NCBI RefSeq assembly: GCF_963921235.1
Contig: NC_086097.1
Location: forward strand, 80,788,001 to 80,852,000
DNA: 64,000 nucleotides
Origin: Mobula hypostoma
Lineage: Eukaryota
Reading direction: 5' to 3'
The first letter of the stretch is position 1, and every line of letters starts with the position of its first letter. The translations under genes and the position numbers were made by a program. This document shows positions 27,571 to 39,900 of this stretch, in pieces. The notes beneath the pieces are model-generated. The model was not told the origin of the DNA. It ran no database searches and worked only from the letters and a program-made list of their open reading frames with translations.

Positions 27571-27696
27571 TGCAAACACGAGGAAATCTGCAGACACTGG
27601 AATTTCAAGCAACACACATAAAAGTTGCTGGTGAACGCAGCAGGCCAGGCAGCAACTCTAGGAAGAGGTACAGTCGACGTTTCGGGCTGAGACCCT
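27571..27696 (-). mobile_element. PLE 3'-terminal repeat fragment with hammerhead truncated at stem II
   Basis: Near-identical to the arms of 61340-61590. Minus strand begins agggtctcagcccGAAACGTCgact and lacks CUGANGA. Confidence 0.8.
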
Positions 27697-28876
27697 CCAA
27701 CATCCAGTCCATGCTCTCATCTCACTGCTGCCATTGGGAAGGAGGTACAGGAGCATCAGGTCGCATACCACCTGGCTCAGAAACAGTTATAACCCTTCAA
27801 CCATCAGGCTTCCGAACCAGCATGGAAATTCCTCTCACCTTAACAGTGAACTGATTCTACAACCTACGGACTCATTTTCAAGTACTCTACAGCTCATGAT
27901 TCTCAGTATTATTTATTATTATTCTGTATTTGCACATTGGTTGTTTGTCCATATTTGTGTGTATCTTTTACTGATCCTATTGTGCTCCTTTGCACCTACT
28001 GTGAATGCCTGCAAGAAAATGAATCTCAGAGTGCTATATAGTAACATATACATATTTTGATAAAAATTTAAATTTACTTTACTCTTTTCCTTGTCACCTT
28101 TCAGAATTCCCTTTCTGAATATTTATCTATTTCCCATTTGCACTCAGGTGGCATGACTTAATTTATTTTAACAACAATCCTCTCAGCTGAGTAGAAAAAA
28201 TGTTTGACCTTGGCATCCAAGGCTTGTTGGAAAGAGGTAATAGGTATTTATCAAGAGGCCTGATTGCCTTATGATGCTCCCAGCTTCAAGTGCAAATGTT
28301 AGATTTCAGCTAATTATATTAGCTTGCTTGTGAGGCGTGATGCCTTTCACAATTAAATAATTTGGCATCATAATTAGACAGGATCGCACACTTAGACGGA
28401 ATCAAAGGCCATGGAACAGAGAACAGGGAAAATTGAAAACAAAAGCTCGTATCAAAATAGTTGTTATACCTTAAGAGCGTTTTGATTCCATGTGGGCAAA
28501 ATTTCACTTAATAACTTCAGCAAAAGTCAAAATGATCGAAGTGTTTTTCCATCATAATTAGCCATGAAAGCAGTCACAAAAAACATTACTCCCAATCTTT
28601 GCAGCACTGCATATAGCCGAGGATGAATGGAAGGCTTGCACCTTTAAGATTTTGGAAAGGATTTCAGCTGATTGGTTAGGAAATTAGCAGAATGAAGAGG
28701 AAATGGCTGAAAGCTGAAAGCAGTGATCGTTGGTTGGTTTTGAGACTTGGCTCCAGGATAAGATCCCATGTACCATCCACCCTTCAGGCCATGCCACTCA
28801 GGGACTTGTGTTAATATTATTTCTGTGATTGTATGTTCGATCGTAACTATATGTGCTGTCTGCTATATGTGAGTTC

Positions 28877-29545
28877 CTCTACTGGTCGGGGTGGACCATG
28901 GTTGCTGTGTCCTTTCTGTCTACATTGTTGGCGCAGTGCCATCAGTTGATAGGCAAGTCGTGGCAGTATGATATAGAGAGCAGGCTTCCCCTCTCCACAC
29001 AGCTAATATATCCAAAGGAACTACAGAACTGATACAGTTTGGGACCAGCAGTGCCGCAGAACTTGCCAGTCAATGCTGAACTCAATGCTGGACTGCTATA
29101 GGGACTCCAGCTCTGGATTTTTCCTCAGGGTTTACTCCAGAAGCCTTCCCCATGAGTGGGTGTAGAAGGGTCTCGCCCGAAACGTCGACTGTACCTCTTC
29201 CTATAGATGCTGCCTGGCCCTGTTGCGTTCACCAGCAATTTTTGCGTGTGTTGCTTGAAATTTCAGCATCTGCAGATTTCCTCCTGTAGAGGTTTGAAGT
29301 CAGAGTTTTCCTTCTCCAGTATAGGCTGCCAGCCACGGCTGATGAGCCCCATCTGGCCAAAGTGACTGGTTTTAAGGCACCAGTAATGTGCCTTTGCCCC
29401 TTCTCCTGTCAGTAGAAACAGTTCCACCGGGCTTAGCAGCTAAGCCTCATATGAAGGCCAGGAGCTAGACTTGTATGTCAGAGGCTATTTGGGATGCACA
29501 CCATTGGGAGAATTTAATAGGTGTTGGGAGCTTATCCCCACTAAC
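28877..29545 (-). mobile_element. RTE-clade 5'-UTR-like non-autonomous element
   Basis: Minus strand carries ggagaaggaaaactctga, a motif I associate with RTE 5' regions, and shares segments with 2969-3152. Family call is by recognition only. Confidence 0.5.
29165..29287 (+). mobile_element. PLE 3'-terminal repeat fragment with truncated hammerhead
   Basis: gaagggtctcgcccGAAACGTCgactgtacctcttcc...cagcatctgcagatttcc. Same family as 61340-61590. Confidence 0.8.
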
Positions 29546-29996
29546 AACCCCCCACACCCACTCCACCCGATCCCAGCGATGACAATCTTAAGGAACCATG
29601 TACTGTGTTTTACACCTTCACCCAGGAGGAATGCTGTTGCGATTAGCTGTATATATGTGTATAGTTGAATAACAAATAAACTTGAACTTCAATTTGAAGA
29701 TTTTGTACAAACTCATAAGCTGACTGTCTATCCACCCCCAATGGCCCTGGTGGTCTGTTTGTTCCCCTCGAGCTACAAAACGTTTTCTTTTTTTTCCACC
29801 TACAGTTGACACCCCCTGCCATCAGCACCACTCCTCAATCTCTGTGGCCACCGTCCGGCAGCAACAACCGACTGTAAGAACAGCTTCCTGAAATCAGAAT
29901 CTCCCTGACCATCACCTCAATGAACACCATTATGAAACAGTTTGAAACGGTTTGCTTTTTATTTACTGTAAATGCACAACTATCTTCTGCGTTTCT

Positions 29997-30408
29997 CCAA
30001 AGTTCAAAGTAAGTTTATTATCTAAGTACGTACATATATGTTACCTTATATTACCCTGAGATTCATTTTCTTGCAGGCATTTACAATAGAACAAAGGAAT
30101 ACAATAGAATCAATGAAAATCTAAACACAAACAAGACTGACAAACAACCAGTGTACAAAAGAAGACAAACTGTGCAAATACAAAAAAAATTAAGAACATT
30201 AATATTACTGAGAACATCAGTTGTAGAGTCCTTGAAAATGAGTCCATTGGTTGTATCCAGTGATCAGTTTAGTGTCATCATGAGTGAAGTTATCCACACG
30301 GGTTCAGAAGCCTAATGGTTGAAGGGTAATAACTGTTCCTGAACCTATTGGTGTGGGATTTAAGGTTCCTGTACCTCCTTCCCGCTGGCAGCAATAAGAA
30401 GAGAGATC
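29997..30408 (-). mobile_element. Rex1/Babar-type LINE 3' end
   Basis: caaagttcaaagtaagtttatt tail and ctgttcctgaacct...cctgtacctccttccc (antisense of GRRYR...FRNS). Confidence 0.65.
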
Positions 30409-31218
30409 CCCTTGCAAGTTCCTTCTTCAACCAGTCGAAGCAAGCTCCTAGCCCAGGAATCACACTGCCTGGAGCAGGAACCCAGCATAAAGAAGTCCTG
30501 GAGTTAAATTTGAAAAGATTGTATTAAAAAAAAGTATTTTGCTAGGCTGCCTTACCTCATAACAGCTCTTCCACAAAGAGCTCAGCCTAAGGTTATAATC
30601 CCATCCATCCGTTTATATTCCATTCAGGTTGCATTCCAATTAGCTGGCTTTAAACTTTTTGACAATCTGACCAGTGAAAAGCAGCTTCAAGTTAATTTTG
30701 ATGTAATTGTTACTGATTTCAATACAGGATTGAACCATCACTGTTAAAACAGACCTTGATATTGACTGTTATTATTCTACAGTAAGTTGCAGCTCACTGC
30801 TTAACCAAGTCTTGTTCCTGTGATCTCCTTGAGATGTAAACTAATTTTCACTATCGCATTCTAATAACATTGACCCCAATCAGTCAGTGAAACCATATTA
30901 ACATCTCTGACTGAAACACATACTCACACATCATATTATTGAGACAATGGGTATTAAGAATCTGCATAAATGTTTACAGTATAACACCAAAGTAGACAGG
31001 AACTTTGGCCAAAGGAAGCACACCTGGAGCACGAATCAATTAATTCAACAGCTCGGTTAAGCACTCCTGACAGAGAGCTGGGTCAGATGTCACTTCTTTG
31101 GTTTGCTGTGAAAATACGTGGTTGAAAACCAGTTTCAGTAGAGATAAGCAGGCACAGTCTCAGAGTTAAATCATGTTATGGATGGGGAAATAGTTTCAGC
31201 GATTAAGTGTATATGTGA

Positions 31219-31368
31219 AACAAGAGAAAATCTGCAGATGCTGGAAATCAAAGTAATGTACATAAAATGATGGAGGAACTTAGCAGGCCAGGCAGCATCT
31301 GTGGAAACGAGTAATCAGTGGACATTTCAAACTGAGCCCCCTCGTCAGGACTGGGCCTGTGTAAAAAT
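31219..31368 (-). mobile_element. PLE terminal-repeat insertion with degenerate hammerhead
   Basis: 12-bp TSD gtgtatatgtga (31207-31218 and 31369-31380). Minus strand reads cagtc-CTGACGA-gggggctcagttt-GAAAtGTC-cactg. Confidence 0.75.
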
Positions 31369-31548
31369 GTGTATATGTGAGCTGGAAGTATGACGACAAG
31401 ATTTCAAGTCATCTGCTTCAGCTTCACTGAGAAACATGGGGCCAGTGCAGAACAGTGTTTGCAGTTGTATCAGAAAATAATGTTCTCTGCCAACAGCTAG
31501 GTATCTGTTAATGATATTCATTTGTAAAATAACTTTAAAAGGATAACA

Positions 31549-32390
31549 AATAAACTCTTCTCGGGGTTCAAGCCGGGTACAGGTATCAATTTTAGCCGAC
31601 ATTACGATGACAAACTCTGCCATCTTCATAAGGGATGATGCCTGGGCCTGTTTAATCCGGTGGTATTTATACCCTTATCGTCCATCCCTCCTGACCGGCT
31701 AGTTCTCATCCAATCAGGTTTCCACTGTCCCACCTTGTTTACAATTGAATTCCAGTTCTTACTTTACCTTTGTTAAAATTCTTTCCTTCTAATTTTATTT
31801 CAATAGATTCCTTCACCAGGCAGCCCCAAAAGCCATTGGTGTGGCACAGTAGTTTTGTGTTATTGAAGTCAATCGTATGGCAACCCTCTGCAGGGAGTGG
31901 TGTATATCAGCCAGATGGGATGCACAGCGGGAACCTGTATCAAGGAGCAGAGGAGGTGTATTCATTTGGGCTACCCAGAGAAATCAGTGGTAGCAGAACA
32001 CTGTATTCGCAATAGCCATAGGATTGACTTCAACAGCACAAAACTACTGTGCCACGCCAATGGCTTTTGGAACCGCCTGGTAAAAGAAGCCATTGAAGTA
32101 AAACTAGAGGCAAAGAATTTTAACAAAGACAAAGGACTCGCTCTAAGTAAGAACTGGAATTTGATTGTAAACAAAGTGGGATAGTGGAAACCTGATTGAG
32201 TGAGGACTAACCAATCAGGAGGGACAGACTATGGGAGTATAAATACCACTCGACTAGATGCCCAGGCATCATCCCTGAAGAAGATGGCAGAGTCTGTCAT
32301 TGAAACTCCAGTTATAATCGATACTGTACCCAGCTAGAAGCCTGAGAAGAGTTTATTCACCATATACTCCAGGAAACCACTAGATCCTTC
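31549..32390 (+). mobile_element. 5'-truncated Penelope-like element: inverted pLTR + GIY-YIG C-terminus + pLTR
   Basis: ORF 31897..32184 reads VYISQMG...IKEQ...SVVAEH...HRIDF...RLVKEAIEVK...NFNKDKG..L..NW (GIY-YIG endonuclease). 31549-31881 is a diverged reverse complement of 32015-32357. Confidence 0.85.
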
Positions 32391-33371
32391 ATTAAGAGGA
32401 TAGATAGCATTTTAATACCATCAAATAACAGAAGACATTTTTACTAAAACTTCTTCTATTTTTTTAATGTGGAAAATACTTAAGTGACTGATGATCTGAA
32501 AATGCCACAATCTACTTTATACACCCCAGTGCTTTTAACCTCCAGTTCACCCTTGCCTTCTGTTCAAATTTCAAAATGCAAAGTAGATTTATCATCAAAG
32601 TACATATATGTCACCACATAATACCCTGAGATTAATTTTCTTCCAAGCATGCATTGTGGAATGAAGAAACACAACAGAATCAATGAAAAACTACACACAA
32701 AGCCTGACAATCAATTGCAGTGATAGTAGCTCAGAAAAAGTTATCTAGTAGTTCTGTGAGATGTTTGTAAAACATTGGTATATATCACCAACAGCGACAT
32801 CTTAGCACACCCCAGCCCCCAGACAGACAATATTCTCACCCTGGCTTACCAACCCATCCAGGATCTTCCTGCAATCTATGCAAGAATATTTTAAGGTGAG
32901 AGGACAATTTGATAAAGCTGTATTTATTTAAAATAGTAAGATCACTGGCTTTCTAAGTAGAAGCAGCTTAGGATTGAGTGATGTTGATTATGTGGAGAAA
33001 TCAGAAAAGCTGTGGTTGTTATTAGAGTAGAGAATCTTAGGAAGAGTTTTACTAGAGTACTCAACGTCATGAAGGGGTATGCTCATGTAAATGAGAAGAA
33101 ACTGCATCCCATGGCAGAAGACGCAGGAACCAGAGTATAAAATACTTTTGACAATTGTCAAATGAAGCAGGACTAAATTTTTCATAGCAAGTTTTATGAT
33201 ACATACAGTGACAGAAAGGGTGGTAAAGGTAGTTTCACTAATGACTCGGGGGGGAAAAATTTGAGTACCCAAGGGAGATAAAACTGAACAGAGAATGGGA
33301 AGGTGGGACCAATTACAGAGCTTTTTCAAAGATCAGGTTGTCTGACTGGCAGCCTTTGTCTTTGGAGAATA

Positions 33372-34661
33372 TGGTGGATTTGGTTAATTCGGACTCATTG
33401 GAACAGGTATATTTTGGCCTAATTAAGCGGATGCCCAATTAGCTGAAGTTTCATGGAAATAGTTAAAAATGTAGAAAAAGAACAAACTACCATTTAACTG
33501 AGAAACAAATTATGTATTTACGAATTACACTACCAATACTATTACAATACCATAAAACTGTGTATTGATGGAGGGTGTATGGTGTATTCAGAGAGGGATA
33601 ACACCTCTGGCGAAGGGGCTCGTCATATCTAATCTGGGGCAACTCACTCAGCTTTGGTCCCTACTGGATAATCGGCTCTCTCCTGTGGCTCCAAGTTGCT
33701 GTTTGTATGCAACAGCAGCTACATCCTGGTACACCATTTTGAAAGGTGGGCTAAACCAAGTGAGGGTAGTTGGTGGGTCTCATACCCCAGTGAGATAGGG
33801 ACATGCTTGTCCTAGATTCTGTGGAGTGAGTAGATGAGATCTACAGTGAGATCCAATGGCCAGGACTGTGGTTTTGCAATGCTCTGTGGAGAACTAAGGG
33901 CATGATGAAGCACTAATGAACTCATAGTCATCTACTGCAACCAAGGAGACCCTAGTTGGGACGACCACTTGTGTCATAGTACCTGGACTCCTGAGGTTGA
34001 GAGAATGGAACTGCCACAGTGCAATGGCTTTTCCACTTCAAAAAAACTTTCCTGCACAGGTTTCCTGTCATCACTGGATACAATGGACAACAACCAACCA
34101 ACCACTGCCATCAATGGAGGGATGAATTACACTATAAATGAACAAAATCAGCCTATACACCTTCAAACCGCGCTTTCAAAAATCGTATCTCCAAAATCTT
34201 CATTTTTATTGTAAGGTTCAAGATGATTGTCAAAACTTTAAATTCTTTGTAGTTCCTAACTTGTTGAAGTAGTGCAATTGTTTCATTTTCACTCCCAGCC
34301 GTTTCTCGCATCTCACAGCCTAAATGCTTGAAACCGCATGAGCAAAACAGTTTGGAATTGTCTTAATGCTTATTTCTTGATAACTATCAGTGATAAAAAT
34401 CACTGCTTTTTGAAAACAAACATGGAAGTAAGGCTATTTAAAACCTGTTCTTTCTAAGCATGGTGTAGTGCTTAATGGCCACATGATATGCATGCAACCG
34501 ACACTAGTTCAGCAAGTCGCCTGCGCCAATAAAACACCATAATATTGCGAGCAAATGAAGGGAAACCCAGCTACATTCATGATTAGTTTTTGTTCTTTAA
34601 GATTCATCCCAAATAAGGAGCTGCCTGATTATCTGGTGGCCCAATCAATCGGAACCTATTG
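33372..34661 (-). mobile_element. pogo/Tigger-like DNA transposon relic, interrupted at ~33570-34120
   Basis: Degenerate TIRs (tggtggatttggttaatt / ccaatcaatcggaacctattg). Minus strand near 34330-34410 reads AVIFITDSYQEISIKTIPNCFAH..GFKH, similar to the Tigger TI.NCF...GF motif. Confidence 0.55.
33570..34120 (+). mobile_element. Probable RTE-like 5'-region non-autonomous element
   Basis: GC-richer insert inside the Tigger relic, starting gagagggataacacctctggcgaaggggct, with several short hairpins. Family call is by recognition only. Confidence 0.4.
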
Positions 34662-35614
34662 TTTAGGATTCTACTTACACAAAATCACATGAGTTAAACC
34701 AAAAAAAAATTACTACTGTACTGGTGAAGGATGAAGTCTGAACAGGCTTGAAGAGCAGGAATAAAAATATAAAGGATGAGTTGAAGAGTGCATTAATCTT
34801 TGCCCAGGAAAGAGGATGATCATACTACATGGTGCCCTTAGTTAATTCGCAGATGGATCTTGAGAGTCTGTGGGGAAACTAGCAGGAGAATAGAGAAGGG
34901 TGAGTCAATGCAAACTCTTCCTAAACAGTGAGGGGGAAGGATGCAGGGAGCACAATTAAGATGAGGAGTACGATGAGAAATAGTCCCATGTCATTGATTA
35001 ATGAGTCCTGGGATTGTGCAGAGCCCCATGCTCATAAAAGCAGAATCACCAGGACCCTGGGAGGAAAGGTGTGATTAAAGGCAATCATTATGTTCTTGTC
35101 AGATACTGAGGAAGCAATAATTGACCAGTGATTAATATATCACAGATCAGTTGGTCCATATTTTCTGTATAAAAGCCATGACTACTTGCGATGTGATGGA
35201 AAGTCCTGTGTGCTCTTTCGGATATATGTATGCACTTCAACCACCTGCATCTTGAGATCAGATCACAAGTGTCACTTCTGTTATTGGGCACTGACCATTT
35301 AGTTTAGCAACCGGTAAATTGTGAATATAGGTCTTCAGTGGTTTCATTACTAGACTAACAGCCTAAGCTCTGAACCACTTTGTCAAAGGCATGAGTCTGA
35401 CTCTCGCTGTGGCACTGCACAATTTTTATTCCAGTTCCAAAGTTCAAAAAATACTAGTCCTAGTAATGACAACCATCAGACCCACTGGATTCTCATGGAA
35501 ACCCATCAGGAAAGGAAATCACCTCCCCTTGCACATTCTGGACTAGTCATTTACCTGGTTCATGGGTGAGAGGAGAATGCGGTCCTGCAAGCTGAACATA
35601 AGAAGTTAGGAGAT

Positions 35615-35992
35615 AACTCAAATATTGAATATTGAAAAGCCAAGATAGGGTGGGTGTGAAGAGGATGTTTCCTATAGTGGGGAAGACTAGGAGCAGAGGG
35701 CATAGCCTCAGATTAGCAGTTCACCCCTTTAGAACAGAGATGAGGAGGAATTTCTTTAGCCAGAGAATGGCGAATGTGAGAAATTCATTACCACAGACAG
35801 CAGTGGAGGCTAGGTCAGTGGGTATATTTAAAGCAGAGGTTGAAAGGTTCTTGATTACTAAGGGTGTCAAAGGTTAGAGGGAGAAGGCAGAAAATGAGGT
35901 TGAGAGAGATAATAAATCAGCCATGATAGAATGGCAGAGCTGACCAATGATCCAAATGGCTTAATTCTGCTCATACATCTGAGGGTCTTATA
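35615..35992 (+). mobile_element. CR1 3' end
   Basis: RMFPIVGKTRSRGHSLR...RNFFSQR...NSLPQ followed by a CR1 3' UTR. Confidence 0.85.
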
Positions 35993-36989
35993 AATTAAAA
36001 AGCAGTGACTCAAAGATTGTAATCTTAGAGTTACTATTAGTGTCATGTGCTAGCAAGAGAAGTAAGAGGATTTTCAATAAAGCGATTGGGAGCATGAGAA
36101 AATGTAGCTCACCGAGGTTAGCTGATTGAGTATATAAGGCAATAATTCACAGCGGTTTGGTGTTTGAACAGTGGAAAATTAGCAATCATGGTTGATTGGC
36201 AAGGAAAAATAAAAATAAAGCAAAGGCATGCAGAGCAGCCATTGTAGGAGCGGCCTTTGTTGGAGTGGACAGCATCAGAGTGGAGATTTCAGGCTTTAGC
36301 TCTTCAAGGCTTCCGTGAGAGAAAGTGAAAAAGCTGTAGCTGTTTCAAGTTTATTTATTATTTCCTTCTTTATACTTGTATAGTTAGAACAGAGGGATGC
36401 CAGGCAGGATAGTGGAATGCTCCTCTTGTGTCAAATGGAAAGACAGGGAGACCTCTAGTGTCCCTGACAACTTCAAATGCTAGAAGTGCATCCAGCTGCA
36501 GTTTCTAACACTCCGTGTTAAGGAGTTGAAGCTAGAACTGTCACAGCCATGGACTCTGCTGCAGGGTTTACGTGCCCCCGCAGGCAGGATTCGCAGCAGA
36601 TTTGACAATTGGTCTTGTGAATTATGTACATGTCAGCTAGTTACTATTTCATTATGGCAGAAATTAACTCTCTTCCTTTCGTTGTAGTCTCGTTGAGACT
36701 TGAGAAAACACTGCAATGTTACACTGCCTGCTTAATTTCGACTGCCTGAGAAAGTACACTATCAAGTTGACTGACACTTGAGACTAGCATTATTCATTTT
36801 ATACTTAGATACTCCTTTCAGTTGTGGAGTTGGCATCTAGTTTCCTATTTGAGAGTTTTAGCTAATGGCCCTGTTTGCCCCAGCATTTATTGTTTCATTT
36901 TCCCTTAAAATCCTGTTCACATTGAAGTCTATGAACTATTGACCTACTTCATTCACTCATTCATTCATTCATTTTCTCTCTCTCTCTCT

Positions 36990-39900
36990 CTCTCATTGAA
37001 CAGTGAATAAATAGTATTCAGTTTTGATTAGCAAGAATAAATTAAAGTAAGGCGGGGCAAGTGGACCGGCCATTGTTGGAGTGGTCAGAGTTAGAGTGGA
37101 GAATTTTTAGACTTTAGATCTTCAAAGCTTCAGTGAGAGAAGGCAAAAAAAGCTGCAGGTAAAGTCAACCCCCCCCCCCCAACACAGTTTGTTCTTTTTC
37201 TTTCCTTATATTTGCTCATTTAGAACACTAGAGATGCCAGGCAGGATAGTGGCATACCAGTTAAACAGCCAGTGCAGAGTACCCCTGTGGACATCCCCCT
37301 CAACTGCTCTGGATACTGTTGGGGGAATGACCTAGCAAAGGTAAGTCACAGTGGTCAGGTCTCTGGCACTGAGTCTGACTCTGTGACTCAGAAGGGAAGG
37401 GATAGAAGAGGTGAGTTGTGGTGGTAGAAGATTTGTTAGTTAGGGGAATAGAAAGCAGGTTTTGTGGAAGAGAGTGAGATACCCAGATGGTATGTTGCCT
37501 CCTGGGTGCCAGCAACACCTTGGATCAAGTCCTCAGCATTCTTAAGTGGGAGGGTGAACAGCCAGAGGTTGTGAGTCCACATAGGTACCAATGATATAGG
37601 TAGGAAGTGACAAGGTTCTGCAAAGGGAGTTCAGGGAGTTAGGTGCTAAGTTAAAGAGCAGGACCTCCAGGGTTGTGACCTCAGGACAGCTACCCATCCA
37701 TGTGCTGGTGATGCTAGAAATAGGAAGATTGTACAGTTTAACATGTGGCTAAGGAGTTGTTGTAGGATGGACAGCATATGAGTTTTGGATCATTAAACTC
37801 TCTTCGAGGGAAGGTGGGACCTGTACAGAAGAGACAGTTTGCACCTGAACTGTAAGGGGACTAATATCCTAGCAGGAAGGTATACTATTGCTGTATGGTG
37901 GGATTTAAACTGAACATGCAGGGGAATGGGAACCAGAGTGTCAGAACAGATAGTGGAGAGGTTGTGGAGACACATGCTGTTAAGACCTCAGACAAAGTCA
38001 AGAATCAAAAGGTTGAGCATGGTCCTGAGCTGTGTATATTTCAATGCAAGTAGTATTGTAGGAAAGGCAGATGAGCTCAAGGGATGGATCAGCACCTGGA
38101 ATTATAACATTGTAACCATTAGTGAGACTTGGTTGCAGGAGGGGTAGGATTGGCAACTGAATATTCCGGAGTTCCATTGCTTTAGATGAGACAGAGCGGG
38201 AGAGATTAATGTAGCATTATTAGTCAGGGACAATGCCATGGCAGTGCCCAGTCAGGACAGATTGGAGAACTCGTCTAGTGATGCATTATGGGTGGAACGT
38301 TAATGAGGCCACCCAAAAGTCTGAGGGACTTAGAGGAACAAATTTGTAGAGAGATCACAGATTATTGTAAGAATCATAAGATTGTTATTGTGGGTGATTT
38401 TAACTTTTTACATATTGACTGGAACTCCCATAATGTAGAAGGACTAGATGGAATAGAGTTTGTCAAGTGTGTTCAAAAAAATTTTCTTAATCAGTATATA
38501 GAAGTCCTGAGATAGTGTGTGATACTTGATCTGCTATTAGGAAATGAGAGAGGGCAGGTGACAGAACTTTTTGTAGGGGAACGCTTTGTATCTAGTGATC
38601 ACAACAATATTAATTTCAAAATAAATATGGAAAAAGATAGGTTCGGTCTGCAGGTTGAGATTCTAAATTGGAGAAAGGCCAATTTTGATGGTATCAGGAA
38701 ATATCTAGCAAGTATGGATTGGGACAGGCTGTTTTCTGGCAAAGGTGTACTTGGTTTTTTGGGAGTCATTCAAAAGTGATATTTTGAGAGCACAAAGCTT
38801 GACATACCTGTCAAAATAAAAGGTAAAGAGAATAACAGATTTAGGGAAACTTAGTGCTCAAAAGATATTGAGGACCTGGTTAAAAAAAAGGGAGGTGCAT
38901 ATCAGGTACAAGCAGATAGGGACAAATGAGGTACCAAGAGAACACTTGCATCAAAGATAAATCAGGAGGCTAAATGAAGACATGAGGTTGCCCTAGCAGA
39001 CAAGGTGAAGGAGAATCCCAAGGAATTCTACAGATATGTTAGAAGCAAAAGGATTGCAAGGGATAAAAATTGGTCCTCTCCTATGTGTGGAGCCAAAAGG
39101 ATAGTGGAAACCTTAAATGTATATTTTGCATCTGTATTTACTCAGGAGGAGGACACAGAGTCTATAGAGGTGAGAGAAAGCAGCAGTAAGGTCATGCACC
39201 CTATACAGATTACAGAGGCAGAGGTGTTTGCTGCCTTATGGCAAATTAGGGTGGATAAAACTCCAAGGCCTGACAAGCTGTTCCATCAGATCCTGTGGGT
39301 GGCCAGTGCAGAAAGTGCGGGGACCCTAGCAGAGATACTTAAATCATCATTAGCAGCAGCTAAGGTACCGGAGGATTTGAGGAAGGCTGATGTTGTTTCA
39401 TTGTTTAGGGAAGGTTCTAAAAGTAAACCAGGAAATTATAGGCTGGAAAGTTATTGGAAGGTGTTCTAGGGACCAGATATATTAGTATTTGGATAGTCAT
39501 GGACTGATTAGGGATAGTCAGCATGGCTTTGTGTGTGGTAGATCGTGTTTAACCAACCTTCTAGAGTTTTTCGAGGAAGTTACCAGGAAAGTGGATGAAG
39601 GCAACGCAGTAGATGTTGTCCACATGGACTTTAGCAAAGCATTTGACAAGGCCTTGCATGGGAAGTCTTTTGGAAAGGTTCGGTCAATTGGTGTTCAAGG
39701 TGAGGCAGTAAATATGATAACGTAGTTAAGCAAGTCAGCAAAATTGCGGATGACACCAAGATTGGGGGGTAGTGGACAGTGAAGGATACTATTAGAGCTT
39801 GCAATGGGATCTGGACCATCTGGAAAAAGGGGCTGAAAAATGGCAGATGGAATTTAATGCAGCAAGTGCATGGTGCTGCACTTTATTTGGATCAGCCAGG

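Larger units (their letters stand above)
25460..28085 (+). mobile_element. Degraded Rex1/Babar-type LINE hosting CR1 and PLE insertions
   Basis: gtgcccaagaagaac|...|ctcaatgactatt rejoins across the CR1 insert. Also aaatttgccgatgacacc (KFADDT) and TLTNFYRCVVESMLTG. Confidence 0.75.

Noticed and set aside
29161..29290. tgtaga as a TSD for the PLE fragment
   Set aside because: Only 6 bp and partly overlapping the element's own terminal sequence, so ambiguous.
36539..36990. Possible LTR remnant starting TGTCAC and ending near (TCAT)n(CT)n
   Set aside because: No matching ...CA terminus or TSD could be identified.
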